Positions 11,598 to 22,617 are shown, counted from the first letter of the stretch. The stretch: DNA of 64,000 bases from Alistipes sp. (GCF_020026455.1 NZ_JAHHQJ010000014.1:6153-70152), one strand, 5' to 3'. The notes: a model not told the origin generated them from the letters alone. Translations and numbers: made by a program.

Positions 11598-11915
11598 CCG
11601 GAATTTGTTTCCTCTCCCGGGCCGGAGTTTGTTCCCTCTCCCGGGCCGGAATTTGTGGTCTTTCCTCTGCCTGATTTTGTTTTCTCTCCCGGGCCGCTCC
11701 CTCCCTCCTTCCCTCCCGGCCGGAGCTCCGCCTGCCGCTCGGAATTTGTTGTCTCTACGGCGGTGTCGGAACTCTTCATCATCACGAGGCTGGAATTTGT
11801 TTCCTCTCCCGGGCAGGAGTTTGTTTCCTCTTCCGGGCCGGAATCTGTTCCCTCTCCCCGGCCGCTCCCTCCTTCCCTCCCGGCCGGAGCTCCGCCTGTC
11901 CGCCCGGAGTTTGTT
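11598..11915. repeat. Degenerate 24-bp minisatellite (CCGGAATTTGTTTCCTCTCCCGGG) with higher-order duplication
   Basis: About 14 units; a block of units recurs twice. Confidence 0.85.
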
Positions 11916-12060
11916 GCCCCCCCCCATTCCCGTCGGATAGGGCCTAAGCCGAGTTGTGACGATATTTCCGGTTCCCGGATCATTTGGCCGCGCTGCATGC
12001 ACGCCGATTTTGAATTGTCGGACTTTTTGCTATCTTTGTGTTCTGTAAAGTTGCGATGAT

Positions 12061-14437
12061 ATGCTGAAAAGCCGTTGTGCCCTGTTGTTTCTCCTGCTTC
12101 CGTGTGTGGCGGCGGCCCAGTATCCCGACGACGAATACTATCCCTATGCCGAACGTGAGGAGCGGCGCGAACTGCTCACGACCGATTCGGCGATCTTCTA
12201 CCGCGCCGTGCAATCCCCTTCGGACCTTTACGGTCTTCGCTCCGATTTCAACCTGCCGCAGGTCGCCCTCCGGCGCCGCGGACTGGATTACTCCCGGGAA
12301 CGCACCTCGCTCATGGGCGTTGCGGTTTCCTACCGTTACCTTCCGGTGCTGCGCCTGCTCGGGGCCGACGAATAGCGCTATGCGGGACTTGCCGCGGTTC
12401 CCGGAGGGGGAGCCTCTGCAACCTTTCCTGGCCTCGGCAGGCTTTGCCGACCGCAATTACCTCGTGAGGGCAAAGGCCGCCGCCTCGGTGTCTCCGGGCA
12501 ATGGCTGGCTCGTCTCGGCGGCGCTCGACGCCCGCACCGGCCGCGACCGACACGTCGAAGGGGTCTTCACCAATGCCCTGACCGCCGGACTGCGCCTCGC
12601 CAAACGTTTCGGCGAGGGACACGAACTCTCCGTACTGTGTGTCGTGACACCCTCGGTGCGGGGCACGCGCCTCTCCTCTTCGGAAGAGGCCTTCAGGCTC
12701 ACGGGCGACCGCCTCTACAACCCGGCGTGGGGCTGGCAGGACGGCCGGGTGCGCAACTCCCGCGTGCGGCGCGAGACGGTTCCGCTGACCCTGGTGGCCT
12801 ATTCCGTGCCGCTGTCGGCTTCGACCTCGCTCGCCGCCACGCTTGCCGCCGAGACGGGTGTCGCGAAGTACAGCATGCTCGACTGGTACGACGCCCGCAC
12901 GCCGATGCCCGACAATTACCGCTACCTGCCGAGCCATACGGGCGACGGGGCGACCGAACAGGCTTGGCTCTCGGGCGATCCGCGCCATACGCAGATCGAC
13001 TGGGACGAACTGATCCGACAGAACCGCATGGCGGGCGGACATGCGGTCTATGCGTTGGAGGACCGCGTCGAACGGCTCTGCAACCTGGCCTTCGACGCGT
13101 CGCTGGCCACCGATCTCGACTCCCGGCTGACGCTTCGCTACGGGGTTTCGCTCCGCCGCGAAAACAACCGTTTCTACAAACAGATGCGCGACCTGCTGGG
13201 CGCCGGATATGTCGTGGACATCGACCGCTTCCTGATCGACGACGACACGTACAGCAACAGGCTCCAGAACGATCTGCGGCATCCCGGACGGAGGGTCGGC
13301 GAAAGCGACCGCTTTGGCTACGATTATGCGCTGACGCTGCGCGGGGCGGTGCTCCGCCTGCAGGCCGACTACCGCTCCGACCGTTTCCGGGCCGATCTTC
13401 CGGTCGAGCTGGGGAGCGATGCCGTCCGCCGCCGGGGCTACTATGAGAAGGAACTTTTTCCCGGCCCACGGTCCTTCGGTCCTTCGCGGACCCTGCGGTT
13501 CACGCCCTACGCGCTCAAGGCCGTTGCGGGCTGGGTCTTCTCCCCGCGGCGCTATATCGAAATCGCCGCTGCGGCCGCCGCCCGCACACCTCGGGCCGAG
13601 GATCTTTTCTTTCAGCCGCTCTATAACAACCGTGCGGTCGACAACCCCGTTCCCGAACGCCTCTACGCCGCCGAACTCAACTGCCGCCTGACGGGCCCCG
13701 TCCTCGATTTCCAGGCATCGTTCTTCGCCGTCATGACGCTCGACGGCATCGAGACACGGGCCTATTACGACGATATGGCCTCGGTCTACTGCGACATGGC
13801 CGTGACGGGCGTCGGGCGCATGTCGTGCGGCGTGGAGGCGGCCGCCGACCTCCGGCTGTCCTACCGCTGGCGGCTGTCGCTGGCGGCTTCGGCCGGGCGC
13901 TACAAATACATCCGCGATCCGCGTGTCACGGTGCTCTCCGACGTGGATAACTCGGCCGTCGACATGCAGGCCGTCAGCCGCATGGGCTGCTGTGCTATGG
14001 GCGGCTCCCCGCAGCTGACGGCTCTGGCTGAAATCTCCTGGTTCGGTCCGCAGGGGTGGGGATGCCGCGCTTCGGCCGGATATGCCGGATGGCGCCATGT
14101 CGAGCCGATGCCCCTGCGGCGCACCGACCGCCTTGCGGGTCAGGGCGGCATCACGCGGGAGTTCTTCGATGCCTTCACCCGTCAGGAGCGGCTTCCGGAC
14201 GCCTTCACGCTCGATGCCTCGCTGTTCAAGACGTTCCGCTTCGAACGTTCGCGGCTCACCGCCTCGCTTATGCTGCGCAACCTGACGGGCGAAACCGATA
14301 CGATCCATGACGGCTATGAGTCGCTGCGCGTGCGCCGCATCCGCCCGGGCGACGACGTGCTCTATGCACCCCACGCCTCGCGCTATACCTATGCGTGGCC
14401 CCGTTCGTTCTATCTCACAGTCTCTTACCGATTCTGA
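12061..14437 (+). pseudogene. TonB-dependent receptor-like outer-membrane protein, disrupted
   Basis: Signal peptide ORF 12061-12375 ends at TAG; the barrel continues in another frame from about 12400 (EGEPLQP...YNPAWG...) to a C-terminal Phe (LTVSYRF); TATCTTTG at 12031-12038. Confidence 0.75.
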
Positions 14438-14527
14438 CCCGCACCGGAAAAAACGACCGCATTTTTTTGGATTTCCGCGTTAAATTCGTATTTTGGAGGG
14501 GTAAAAACCTTAAAAACGTTCAGATCC

Positions 14528-15634
14528 ATGATTGTCGGTATTCCAAAAGAGATCAAGAACAACGAGAATCGCGTTGCTCTTACCCCCGCAGGAGCCCGGG
14601 AGCTTGTCAAACGGGGCCACAAAGTTTATGTGCAGGCTACGGCCGGTGTGAACAGCGGATTTGCCGATGATGCCTACACGGCCGCCGGGGCGGAGCTGCT
14701 TCCCTCGATCGAGGAGGTCTACGCCCGGGCGGAGATGATCGTCAAGGTCAAGGAACCGGTGGCTCCCGAGTATCGGCTCGTGCGCAGGGACCAGCTTGTT
14801 TTCACCTTCTTCCATTTTGCCAGCAGCGAACCCCTCACCCGGGCGATGGTCGACAGCGGGGCGGTTTGCTGTGCCTATGAGACCGTCGAGTGCGCCGACC
14901 GTTCGCTGCCGCTGCTGATCCCGATGTCGGAGGTCGCGGGGCGCATGGCCGCTCAGGAGGGGCGCTATTTCCTCGAAAAGCCGCGCGGCGGCAAGGGGGT
15001 GCTTCTGGGCGGAGTCCCGGGTGTGAAGCCGGCCCGGGTTTTCATCATCGGTGCGGGCGTTGTCGGCACGGCTGCGGCGCGTACGGCTGCCGGAACGGGT
15101 GCCGACGTGACGATCTGCGACATTTCGCTGCAGCGGCTGACCTACCTGGCCGACGTGATGCCCCGCAACGTCAAGACGCTGATGTCGTCCGAATACAACA
15201 TCCGCGAGGAGCTGAAGCACGCCGACCTAGTGGTCGGCTCGGTGCTGATTCCGGGAGCCAAGGCCCCGAAACTCGTCACGCGCGACATGCTCCGGGAGAT
15301 GGAGCCGGGTACGGTGATGGTCGACGTGGCCATCGACCAAGGCGGCTGTTTCGAGACTTCGCGCCCCACCACGCACGAGAATCCGGTCTATTATGTCGAC
15401 AACATCCTGCACTACTGCGTAGCCAACATTCCGGGAGCCGTGCCCCGCACCTCGACCCTTGCACTCACCAACGCGACGCTTCCCTACGTCATCCAGCTTG
15501 CCGACAAGGGCTGGCGCCGCGCCGCGCAGGAGAATCCCGAACTGGCGCTGGGACTGAACATCGTCGGCGGCAGGGTGGTCTGCCAACCCGTGGCCGAAGC
15601 CTGGGGCCTGCCCTATGAACCGTTGGAGCTCTAA
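14528..15634 (+). CDS. ald: Alanine dehydrogenase
   Basis: GIPKEIKNNENRVAL, VKVKEP, MSEVAGR, DVAIDQGG, HYCVANIPGAVP. Confidence 0.97.
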   Translation: MIVGIPKEIKNNENRVALTPAGARELVKRGHKVYVQATAGVNSGFADDAYTAAGAELLPSIEEVYARAEMIVKVKEPVAPEYRLVRRDQLVFTFFHFASSEPLTRAMVDSGAVCCAYETVECADRSLPLLIPMSEVAGRMAAQEGRYFLEKPRGGKGVLLGGVPGVKPARVFIIGAGVVGTAAARTAAGTGADVTICDISLQRLTYLADVMPRNVKTLMSSEYNIREELKHADLVVGSVLIPGAKAPKLVTRDMLREMEPGTVMVDVAIDQGGCFETSRPTTHENPVYYVDNILHYCVANIPGAVPRTSTLALTNATLPYVIQLADKGWRRAAQENPELALGLNIVGGRVVCQPVAEAWGLPYEPLEL

Positions 15635-15862
15635 GCGGCCGGGGCGTCTGATCGGCAGACGATGCGGCCTGTCGTCCTGTTTTGCGGCGGCCTTCCTGTC
15701 CATCCGGGGCGGGGAGGCCGCCGGTGTGTATCCATCCGCCTTTTCGGACGATTTGTTTTTGAAATTATTGAATAATTCATATATTTGCAAGAGCATAAAC
15801 AGGTTACATAATTCATTTTGATTCCATTCCGACCGGAAATCACCGTCGGAAGCGTCGGATTT

Positions 15863-16831
15863 TCAAGCCCTGCTGTTGTTGGAGGACCTGCACGTCAGCC
15901 GCATCGAGATTGCCTCGGCCCGGGTCTCGCAGGGCGAAGAGCAGGCCGTGCGCGCCATTGCCGAGTGGGCTGCGGCCAAGGGCTATGCCGACCGTGTGGA
16001 GGCGCTGGGCTTCATCGACGGCGGGGTCTCGCTCGACTGGCTCGGAGCTGCCGGATGCCGCGTGGTCAACCTGCTGGCCAAAGGATCGCGGAAGCATTGC
16101 GAGGAGCAGCTGGGCTACGCACCCGAACGCCATCTGGCTGATGTGCGCGCCGAGACCCTTGCGTCTGTCGACCGCGGGATGGCTTTGAGGACTGGTCCAA
16201 CGGCATGCGCCATTCGCCCGACTATGTCTACGCGATGCTCGACGGATTGGCCGACGCTCCCGTCAGCCGATTTATGTGCCCCGATACGCTGGGAGTTCTC
16301 GACCCCTACGATACCGAACGTTTCTGCCGCGACCTTGTGACGCGCTATCCGTCGCTGCGTTTCGATTTCCACGCCCACAACAACTACGACCTGGCCGTGG
16401 CCAACACCGCCGCCGCCGTGCGGGCGGGCTTTCAGGGGGTCCACGTCACCGTGAACGGGCTGGGTGAGCGGGCCGGCAACGCGCCGCTGTCGAGCACGGT
16501 GGCCGAGCTGCACGACTGTCTGGGCCGTACGACGGGGGTCGACGAGACGAAGATCAACCGCGTCAGCCGCACGGTCGAGGGCTATACGGGCATCCGCATC
16601 CCTGCCAACCGCCCGATCGTCGGTGCGAGCGTCTTCACACAGTGTGCGGGCATCCATGCCGACGGCGACAGCAAGAACAACCTCTACTGCAACGAACTGC
16701 TCCCCGAGCGTTTCGGGCGTGTCCGCGAATATGCCCTGGGCAAAACCTCGGGCAAGGCCAATATCCTGAAAAATCTCGAAGCGCTCCGCACGATCACCGG
16801 GGTGAGGGACTGCGCCGTTTCGCCGATTTGA
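15863..16831 (+). pseudogene. cimA: (R)-citramalate synthase / isopropylmalate-synthase family relic
   Basis: LLLEDL..IEIASARVS, EDWSNGM, PDTLG, HAHNNYDLA, NGLGERAGNA, REYALGKTSG; the DTTLRDGEQ N-terminus and the C-terminal regulatory domain are absent; frameshift near 16180-16190. Confidence 0.8.
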
Positions 16832-17024
16832 CCCCGTAATTCCGTCTTGCCGACCGACCGTTTTTTCGCGGTCTGCTTTTTTTGTACTATCTTTGTTGCC
16901 CCGTTCGGGCTGTATAGCGGCAAAGTCCTTCCTCGCACGGAAGGGCTCTGGGGGCGTGGGGCCGACTTGTGGCCGACGCCGACGGCGGCACGGGCGATTG
17001 ACAGCACCAAAACGAAGGACAAAT

Positions 17025-18038
17025 ATGGCAGGATCCAATTTTGTAGATTACGTAAAGATATTCGCCCGTTCGGGGCACGGCGGCGGCGGCTCGACGCATT
17101 TTCGCCGCGAGAAATTCGTAGCCTTCGGCGGTCCCGACGGCGGTGACGGCGGCAAGGGCGGCAGCATCGTCCTGCAGGGCGACAGGCAGTACTGGACGCT
17201 CATCCACCTCAAATACCAGCGCCACCAGTTTGCCGAGGACGGCGAACACGGCTCCGGGGCGCGTTCCTCGGGCAAGGATGCCCGCGACATCGTGATCCCG
17301 GTTCCGCTGGGCACGGTCGCCAAGCGTGTCATCGAGAACGAGGACGGAACCACGACCACCGAAACGGTGGGCGAGGTGACTGCCGACGGCGAGCGGCTCG
17401 TGCTGCTCCGTGGCGGCCGTGGCGGTCTGGGCAACTGGCATTTCAAGAGCGCCACCAACCAGACGCCGCGCTATGCCCAGCCGGGCGAGGATGGTGAGGA
17501 AGGGACGTTCATCCTCGAACTGAAGGTACTGGCCGACGTGGGGCTGGTGGGCTTCCCCAATGCGGGCAAGTCTACGCTGCTCTCGGTGGTTTCGGCCGCG
17601 AAGCCCAAGATCGCCGACTATGCCTTCACGACGCTGGAGCCGAACCTCGGTATCGTCGAGGTCCGCGACCACAAGTCGTTCGTCATGGCCGACATCCCGG
17701 GCATCATCGAGGGGGCGCACGAGGGGCGCGGTCTGGGAACCCGTTTTCTGCGCCATATCGAGCGCAATTCGGTGCTGTTGTTCATGATCCCTGCCGACAG
17801 CGACGACATCCGCCGCGACTACGACGTCCTGCTGGGCGAACTGACGCAATATAATCCCGAACTGCTGGACAAGGAGCGCCTGCTGGCCGTCACCAAGTGC
17901 GACATGCTCGACGAGGATCTGATTGTCGAGATGCGGAGCCACCTGCCCGAAGGCGTTCCTTCGGTCTTCATCTCGTCGGTTTCGGGTCTGAACATCCCGC
18001 GGCTCAAGGATATGCTGTGGGAGGCGTTGCAGCGCTGA
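17025..18038 (+). CDS. obgE: GTPase ObgE/CgtA
   Basis: [50 protein letters not shown]; TATCTTTG at 16888-16895. Confidence 0.97.
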   Translation: MAGSNFVDYVKIFARSGHGGGGSTHFRREKFVAFGGPDGGDGGKGGSIVLQGDRQYWTLIHLKYQRHQFAEDGEHGSGARSSGKDARDIVIPVPLGTVAKRVIENEDGTTTTETVGEVTADGERLVLLRGGRGGLGNWHFKSATNQTPRYAQPGEDGEEGTFILELKVLADVGLVGFPNAGKSTLLSVVSAAKPKIADYAFTTLEPNLGIVEVRDHKSFVMADIPGIIEGAHEGRGLGTRFLRHIERNSVLLFMIPADSDDIRRDYDVLLGELTQYNPELLDKERLLAVTKCDMLDEDLIVEMRSHLPEGVPSVFISSVSGLNIPRLKDMLWEALQR

Positions 18039-18089
18039 TTCCCGGCCTTTCCGGTGGCGGAGATCTGGCCGGCGGGGGACGATGCCCTC

Positions 18090-18902
18090 TCAATGCCCTG
18101 CCTCGCTGCGAAACTCCGCTTCGCGGTTGGTGACGCGCAGGGTGTATTTTCCGGCGAAATAGTCGATGATTCCATACAAGGAGCCTGTGCCCTGCGGCAG
18201 AGGCTCCTTTGCGTAGACGCAGGTCGCGGCGGTCCGCACGGTGAAGGTCCGGCCCCGCGTGTCGACGATCTCACGCTCGGTGGCGACGATACGGCCCGTC
18301 TCCGGGTCGGTGTCGCACCAGCTTTTCCCGGCATCGACAAAACGCACGTCGTCGAAACGCACGCGTGTGTCGATGTGCCGGGCCGAGACGGCGTCGAACG
18401 TCAGGAGCTATGCGGCGGGCGTCTCGCCTCCGGAGGGTTCGGTGCGGATGTAGCGCGCGAGTTCTTCGCGCGGAATGCACCCTGCGCCGTTGTCGCCGGG
18501 AGTCGTCCCCAGACGGATTTTTCCGCCGTAGTCGCATAGCGTCAGCCCGTTGCAGCGGACATTCGCCACGATCCCGAACGGAAAGAGATCCGCCAGCGGA
18601 GCTCCTTCCGCGGCGATCGCAATGCCGCCCGAGGTATCTTCGACAACGATTGTTCTGTAAAATTCGCCGTAGAGGTCGTTGGCCGTGACAAATCCGCGAA
18701 TGGTGATCTCCTGCGTTATTGCAACGCTGCTTTTCCCGTCGCAGAGCGATTTGAGATAGGCTACCGAATGCTGCGACTCCGGGGGACAGACCGTGAATTG
18801 GGGTTCTGTGGCCCGGTCGCATCCGGCCGATAGCGCCAGCAGTACCGACAGTACCAGCCGTGCCGGCCGTGTCGGCGGACTAATGCGTGCAGTCGTTTTC
18901 AT
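18090..18902 (-). pseudogene. DUF5689-like OB-fold lipoprotein interrupted by an in-frame TAG
   Basis: Lipobox LSAGC; VTANDLYGEFYRTIVVEDTSGGI; TAG at 18408-18410, then the same frame continues (LLTFDAVSARHIDTRVRFDDVRF...GIIDYFAGKYTLR) to TGA at 18090. Confidence 0.7.
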
Positions 18903-19656
18903 CGCGCAGTTTGAGGATGTAACGCCCGTCGCCTGCGGCGTCGTACTGGAGGATTCCCGTCAGCGAGACCGTGCCGACAGGCACTTCGGCGTCGGCGAAA
19001 CGGGCATATCGGCGGACATAGGTATAGACGGTGTTGCCGTCGGCATCGGTGAAGCGCTTGTAGCCGGCCCATGTCGGTTCCGAAAGGTCTTCGGGCGTAT
19101 AGCGCACCTCGTCGATGCGGACGAGCGTGCCGCAGCGGCTTTCCGAGAGTGCCGGAATGGCAAGCGGGGCGGGGAAGGGCGCTGCCAGAGTTTCGCCGCA
19201 GCGTACCAGCACGGCGCCGAGTGCCGCCCGGGAGCCGATGTAGTCCGTTGCATAGCCGCTTCCGGCGGCGGGCGGACGTTCCGCCTGCAACACTCCGCGA
19301 CTTTGGGCGATGGTGAGTCCCCGAAGCGACAGCGTCACGCGGCTCCCCAGGGGGAAGTCGTTGTGCAGATGGTCGATACCCGCCATCACTTCAACCCCCG
19401 CTTCAGCATCGCAGATGCAGAGCGTACGGTAGAAATTCTCCGCGCGGTCGCAACTCGCAACCCGCCCCGTGACGACAATGTCGCCCGTGACGGTGAAGGG
19501 CGTGCCCGCATAGCGGTCGCGCAGTGCGGCGATGGTCTCCGTTGCGGGTTTTTCGTGGTCCTGATCGTCCGGTTTGCCGAATGAGGAGTCGTAACACCCG
19601 GCCAGCAGAAGCGAGGCGATGGCGCCGAAGAGAGGTATGGAACGGATGTGAAGCAT
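18880..19656 (-). CDS. DUF5689-like OB-fold lipoprotein
   Basis: Lipobox LLLAGC; GRVASCDRAENFYRTLCICDAEAGV; GTVSLTGIL..YILKLRDEND. Confidence 0.75.
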   Translation of the reverse strand: MLHIRSIPLFGAIASLLLAGCYDSSFGKPDDQDHEKPATETIAALRDRYAGTPFTVTGDIVVTGRVASCDRAENFYRTLCICDAEAGVEVMAGIDHLHNDFPLGSRVTLSLRGLTIAQSRGVLQAERPPAAGSGYATDYIGSRAALGAVLVRCGETLAAPFPAPLAIPALSESRCGTLVRIDEVRYTPEDLSEPTWAGYKRFTDADGNTVYTYVRRYARFADAEVPVGTVSLTGILQYDAAGDGRYILKLRDENDCTH

Positions 19657-19720
19657 ATTTTTACGCAATGGAGGTGAGGTTTGCAGGGGCCCCGGCCGGT
19701 CCGCTCGCGGGGACCCTTTC

Positions 19721-19830
19721 CGGGTTGCTGTCCGACCGATGTCCGGCCCGGTCTTCGGGTTGCTGTCCGGCCCGGCCTCCTAGTCTCCGGTTTGCTGTCC
19801 GACCGATGCCCGGCCCGGCCTCCCGGCCCG
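19721..19830. repeat. Three degenerate copies of GGTTGCTGTCCGACCGATG(T/C)CCGGCCCGG
   Basis: Copies at about 19721, 19756 (shortened) and 19787. Confidence 0.75.
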
Positions 19831-19912
19831 ATGAACGATGCCGGCGGAGGCGGTAGCGATCGGCCGTATCCCGCGGCGGCCGATCGTGCGGGATTGCATC
19901 CGGCAACGCTTG

Positions 19913-21133
19913 TTATTCGATGCGCGAATCCTTCAGTCCCAGGAAGTAGAGGATTCCGTCCAGCCCGATGGTCGAGATCGACTGCCGGGCCGTGGCCTTG
20001 ACCTTGGGTTTGGCGTGGAAGGCGATGCCCAGACCCGCGAGGTTGAGCATCGGCAGGTCGTTGGCTCCGTCGCCGACGGCCACCGACTGGGCGATGTTGA
20101 TCGACTCGAACTGACACAGCAGCCGCAGCAGTTCGGCCTTGCGGCGCCCGTCGACCACCTCGCCGACATAGCGTCCCGTGAGGCGTCCGTCCTCGATCTC
20201 CAGCTCGTTGGCATAGACATAGTCGAAGCCGTACTTCTGCCGGAGGTAGTTGCCGAAATAGGTGAATCCGCCGGAGAGGATCGCCGTTTTGTACCCTACG
20301 CGTTTGAGGATGGTCATCATGCGTTCCAGCCCCTCGGTGATCGGCAGGCTGCGGGCGATCTCCTCCATGACCGAGACGTCCAGTCCCTTGAGCAGCGCGA
20401 CCCTCTGTGAAAAACTCTCGCGGAAATCGATCTCGCCGCGCATGGCGCTGGCCGTGATTTCGCGCACCTTGTCGCCGACGCCCGCGCGCTCGGCCAATTC
20501 GTCGATCACCTCGGTCTCGATCAGCGTCGAGTCCATGTCGAAGCAGATCAGGCGGCGGCTGCGGCGGTAGATGTCGTCCTTCTGGAACGAGACGTCGAGT
20601 CCGATCTCCGAGAGGTTCATGAATCCCTCCTGCATCGTGCTGCGCTCCTGGTCGGTGAGCGATCCGCGCACCGAGAGCTCGATACACGACTTGGCCGCGC
20701 GGTCGTCCTTGCAGAGGGGCATGCGTCCCGTGAGGCGCTTGATGGCGTCGATGTTCAGTCCGTGCTCGGCCACGACCTTCGTCACCTGGGCGATGTGTCG
20801 GGCCGTGACGGTGCGTCCCAGCAGGGTGATGATGTACCGGTTTTTGCCCTGACGGCTCACCCAGTCGTCGTATCGCTCCTCGGAGATGGGTGCGAAACGG
20901 ATCATCACGCCCAGTTCCGACGCCTTGAAGAGCAGCTCCTTCATGATGTTTCCCGACTTGTCGGCCGTGGTCTTTATCAGGATGCCGAGCGTCAGCGACT
21001 GGTGGATGTTGGCCTGTCCGATGTCGAGGATGAAGGCGTCGTAGCGCGCGAGAATCTCGGTGAGCGACGAGGTCATGCCCGGTTTGTCTTCTCCCGAAAT
21101 GTTTATCTGGATAATTTCAACGTTGTTCTGCAT
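19913..21133 (-). CDS. serB: Phosphoserine phosphatase with ACT domains
   Basis: GEDKPG ACT motif; FDMDSTLI; SGGFTYF; GDGANDLPM. Confidence 0.96.
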   Translation of the reverse strand: MQNNVEIIQINISGEDKPGMTSSLTEILARYDAFILDIGQANIHQSLTLGILIKTTADKSGNIMKELLFKASELGVMIRFAPISEERYDDWVSRQGKNRYIITLLGRTVTARHIAQVTKVVAEHGLNIDAIKRLTGRMPLCKDDRAAKSCIELSVRGSLTDQERSTMQEGFMNLSEIGLDVSFQKDDIYRRSRRLICFDMDSTLIETEVIDELAERAGVGDKVREITASAMRGEIDFRESFSQRVALLKGLDVSVMEEIARSLPITEGLERMMTILKRVGYKTAILSGGFTYFGNYLRQKYGFDYVYANELEIEDGRLTGRYVGEVVDGRRKAELLRLLCQFESINIAQSVAVGDGANDLPMLNLAGLGIAFHAKPKVKATARQSISTIGLDGILYFLGLKDSRIE

Positions 21134-21249
21134 CGTCTGTCGTATAATGAATGGTGTTTTTCTTTCTCTTTCTGTAAAAAGCGCAGACAAAGTTAATAAA
21201 GTTCTCTTTTTTTTGGCTATTTTTGCCTCATAAACTTAAACACGGAGTT

Positions 21250-22161
21250 ATGCGGATATTTTTAGCGGTCGGAGATCCGGGTCCCCTGATGGTTCCCGAC
21301 AGCGTGCAGAAAGCCCATTTTGCGGAGACGGTCGAGAAACTTGCCAACATCGATTTGTATGCCCTGTTGCAGAAGATGCTCTCCGAGTCGATCTGGATTA
21401 TCATTAAAATCGCCATTGCCCTGGCGATCTACTTCGTCGGGCGGTGGATCGTGCATCGTCTGCTGAAGCTGATCGACGTGGCCATGCAGCACCGCAATGT
21501 CGACATCTCGCTGCGTTCGTTCACGCGTAATACCGTCAGTGCGTTCTTCACGCTGCTGCTCATCCTGATCGTCGTCTCGACGCTGGGCGTCAACGTGACA
21601 TCGCTCATTGCCGTTGCGTCGGCCGCCACGCTGGCCATCGGTATGGCATTGAGCGGCACGGCCCAGAACTTTGCCGGCGGGGTGATGATCCTGCTGATGA
21701 AACCCTATCGTATCGGCGACTACATCTCGGCGCAGGGCCAGTCGGGAACCGTGCGCGACATCAAGCTCTTCTCGACGGTGATCACCACGGTCGACAACCA
21801 GACGATCTACATCCCCAACAACACGATCGCAACAGCCATCATCGACAACTATTCCACCTCCGAGACGCGCCGTGTCGATTGGTCGGTGGGCATCTCCTAC
21901 GGCGACGACGTGGATGTGGCTCGCAAGGCGATTCTTTCGATGCTGGCGGCCGATGCGCGCATTCTGACCGATCCCGCCCCGGTGGTGTGGGTCACGGCGC
22001 TAGCCGACAGTTCGGTGAACCTCACGGTCCGCGCATGGGTGAAGAACCCCGACTACTGGAACACCTTTTTCGAGCATAACGAACAATTCTACAAGGAGCT
22101 GCCCAAGGTGGGCATCAACTTCCCGTTCCCGCAGATGGACGTGCACCTGACCAAGGAGTAG
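21250..22161 (+). CDS. mscS: Small-conductance mechanosensitive channel
   Basis: TM helices, IGMALSGTAQNFAGG, PYRIGDYI, NFPFPQMDVH; start codon uncertain. Confidence 0.9.
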   Translation: MRIFLAVGDPGPLMVPDSVQKAHFAETVEKLANIDLYALLQKMLSESIWIIIKIAIALAIYFVGRWIVHRLLKLIDVAMQHRNVDISLRSFTRNTVSAFFTLLLILIVVSTLGVNVTSLIAVASAATLAIGMALSGTAQNFAGGVMILLMKPYRIGDYISAQGQSGTVRDIKLFSTVITTVDNQTIYIPNNTIATAIIDNYSTSETRRVDWSVGISYGDDVDVARKAILSMLAADARILTDPAPVVWVTALADSSVNLTVRAWVKNPDYWNTFFEHNEQFYKELPKVGINFPFPQMDVHLTKE

Positions 22162-22164
22162 GCT

Positions 22165-22617
22165 ATGAACACGCGACTCTTCACCGTTCTTGCGGCCGTG
22201 AGCCTTGCGGCCTGCAATCCGAACCGGGGTCCCGAGTATACGACCCCGGCGGAGTTCGGCGAGGTGACCGTGCAGCCGCAGACCATCGACTCCGATTCGG
22301 AGGTCCGGGTGAAGGTCTCCGTTTCGTGCCCCTACGGGCTGCGCAACGTCTGCATCCTCTATATGCTCGACGACGACGAATCCGACGTGAGGACCGTTGC
22401 GAAGACCGAGCCGCCTGCCGGTGTTACCTCGTTCGATTACGAGGGTATCATTCCGCGGCAGAAGGCCGGCCGGAAAGTTACTTTCCGGATCCGCGCCATC
22501 ACGGCATACAACGTAGCCTCCTATACGCAGCTTCAGGAATACAGGGTCCCTGATGGCGTGGGAGGACAAATTCGAACAACCCATTTAAACAAAGAGATAG
22601 CAATTTTATGGAACTGA
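22165..22617 (+). CDS. Hypothetical lipoprotein with Ig/fibronectin-like beta domain
   Basis: Lipobox SLAAC; beta-rich sequence (YEGIIPRQKAGRKVTFRIRA). Confidence 0.65.
   Translation: MNTRLFTVLAAVSLAACNPNRGPEYTTPAEFGEVTVQPQTIDSDSEVRVKVSVSCPYGLRNVCILYMLDDDESDVRTVAKTEPPAGVTSFDYEGIIPRQKAGRKVTFRIRAITAYNVASYTQLQEYRVPDGVGGQIRTTHLNKEIAILWN

Noticed and set aside
11595-12059. Repetitive ORF PEFVSSPG... and its antisense counterparts (11346-12002, 3' part of 10076-11998)
   Set aside because: A by-product of a 24-bp repeat lacking stops in several frames; no start context or host-like codon pattern
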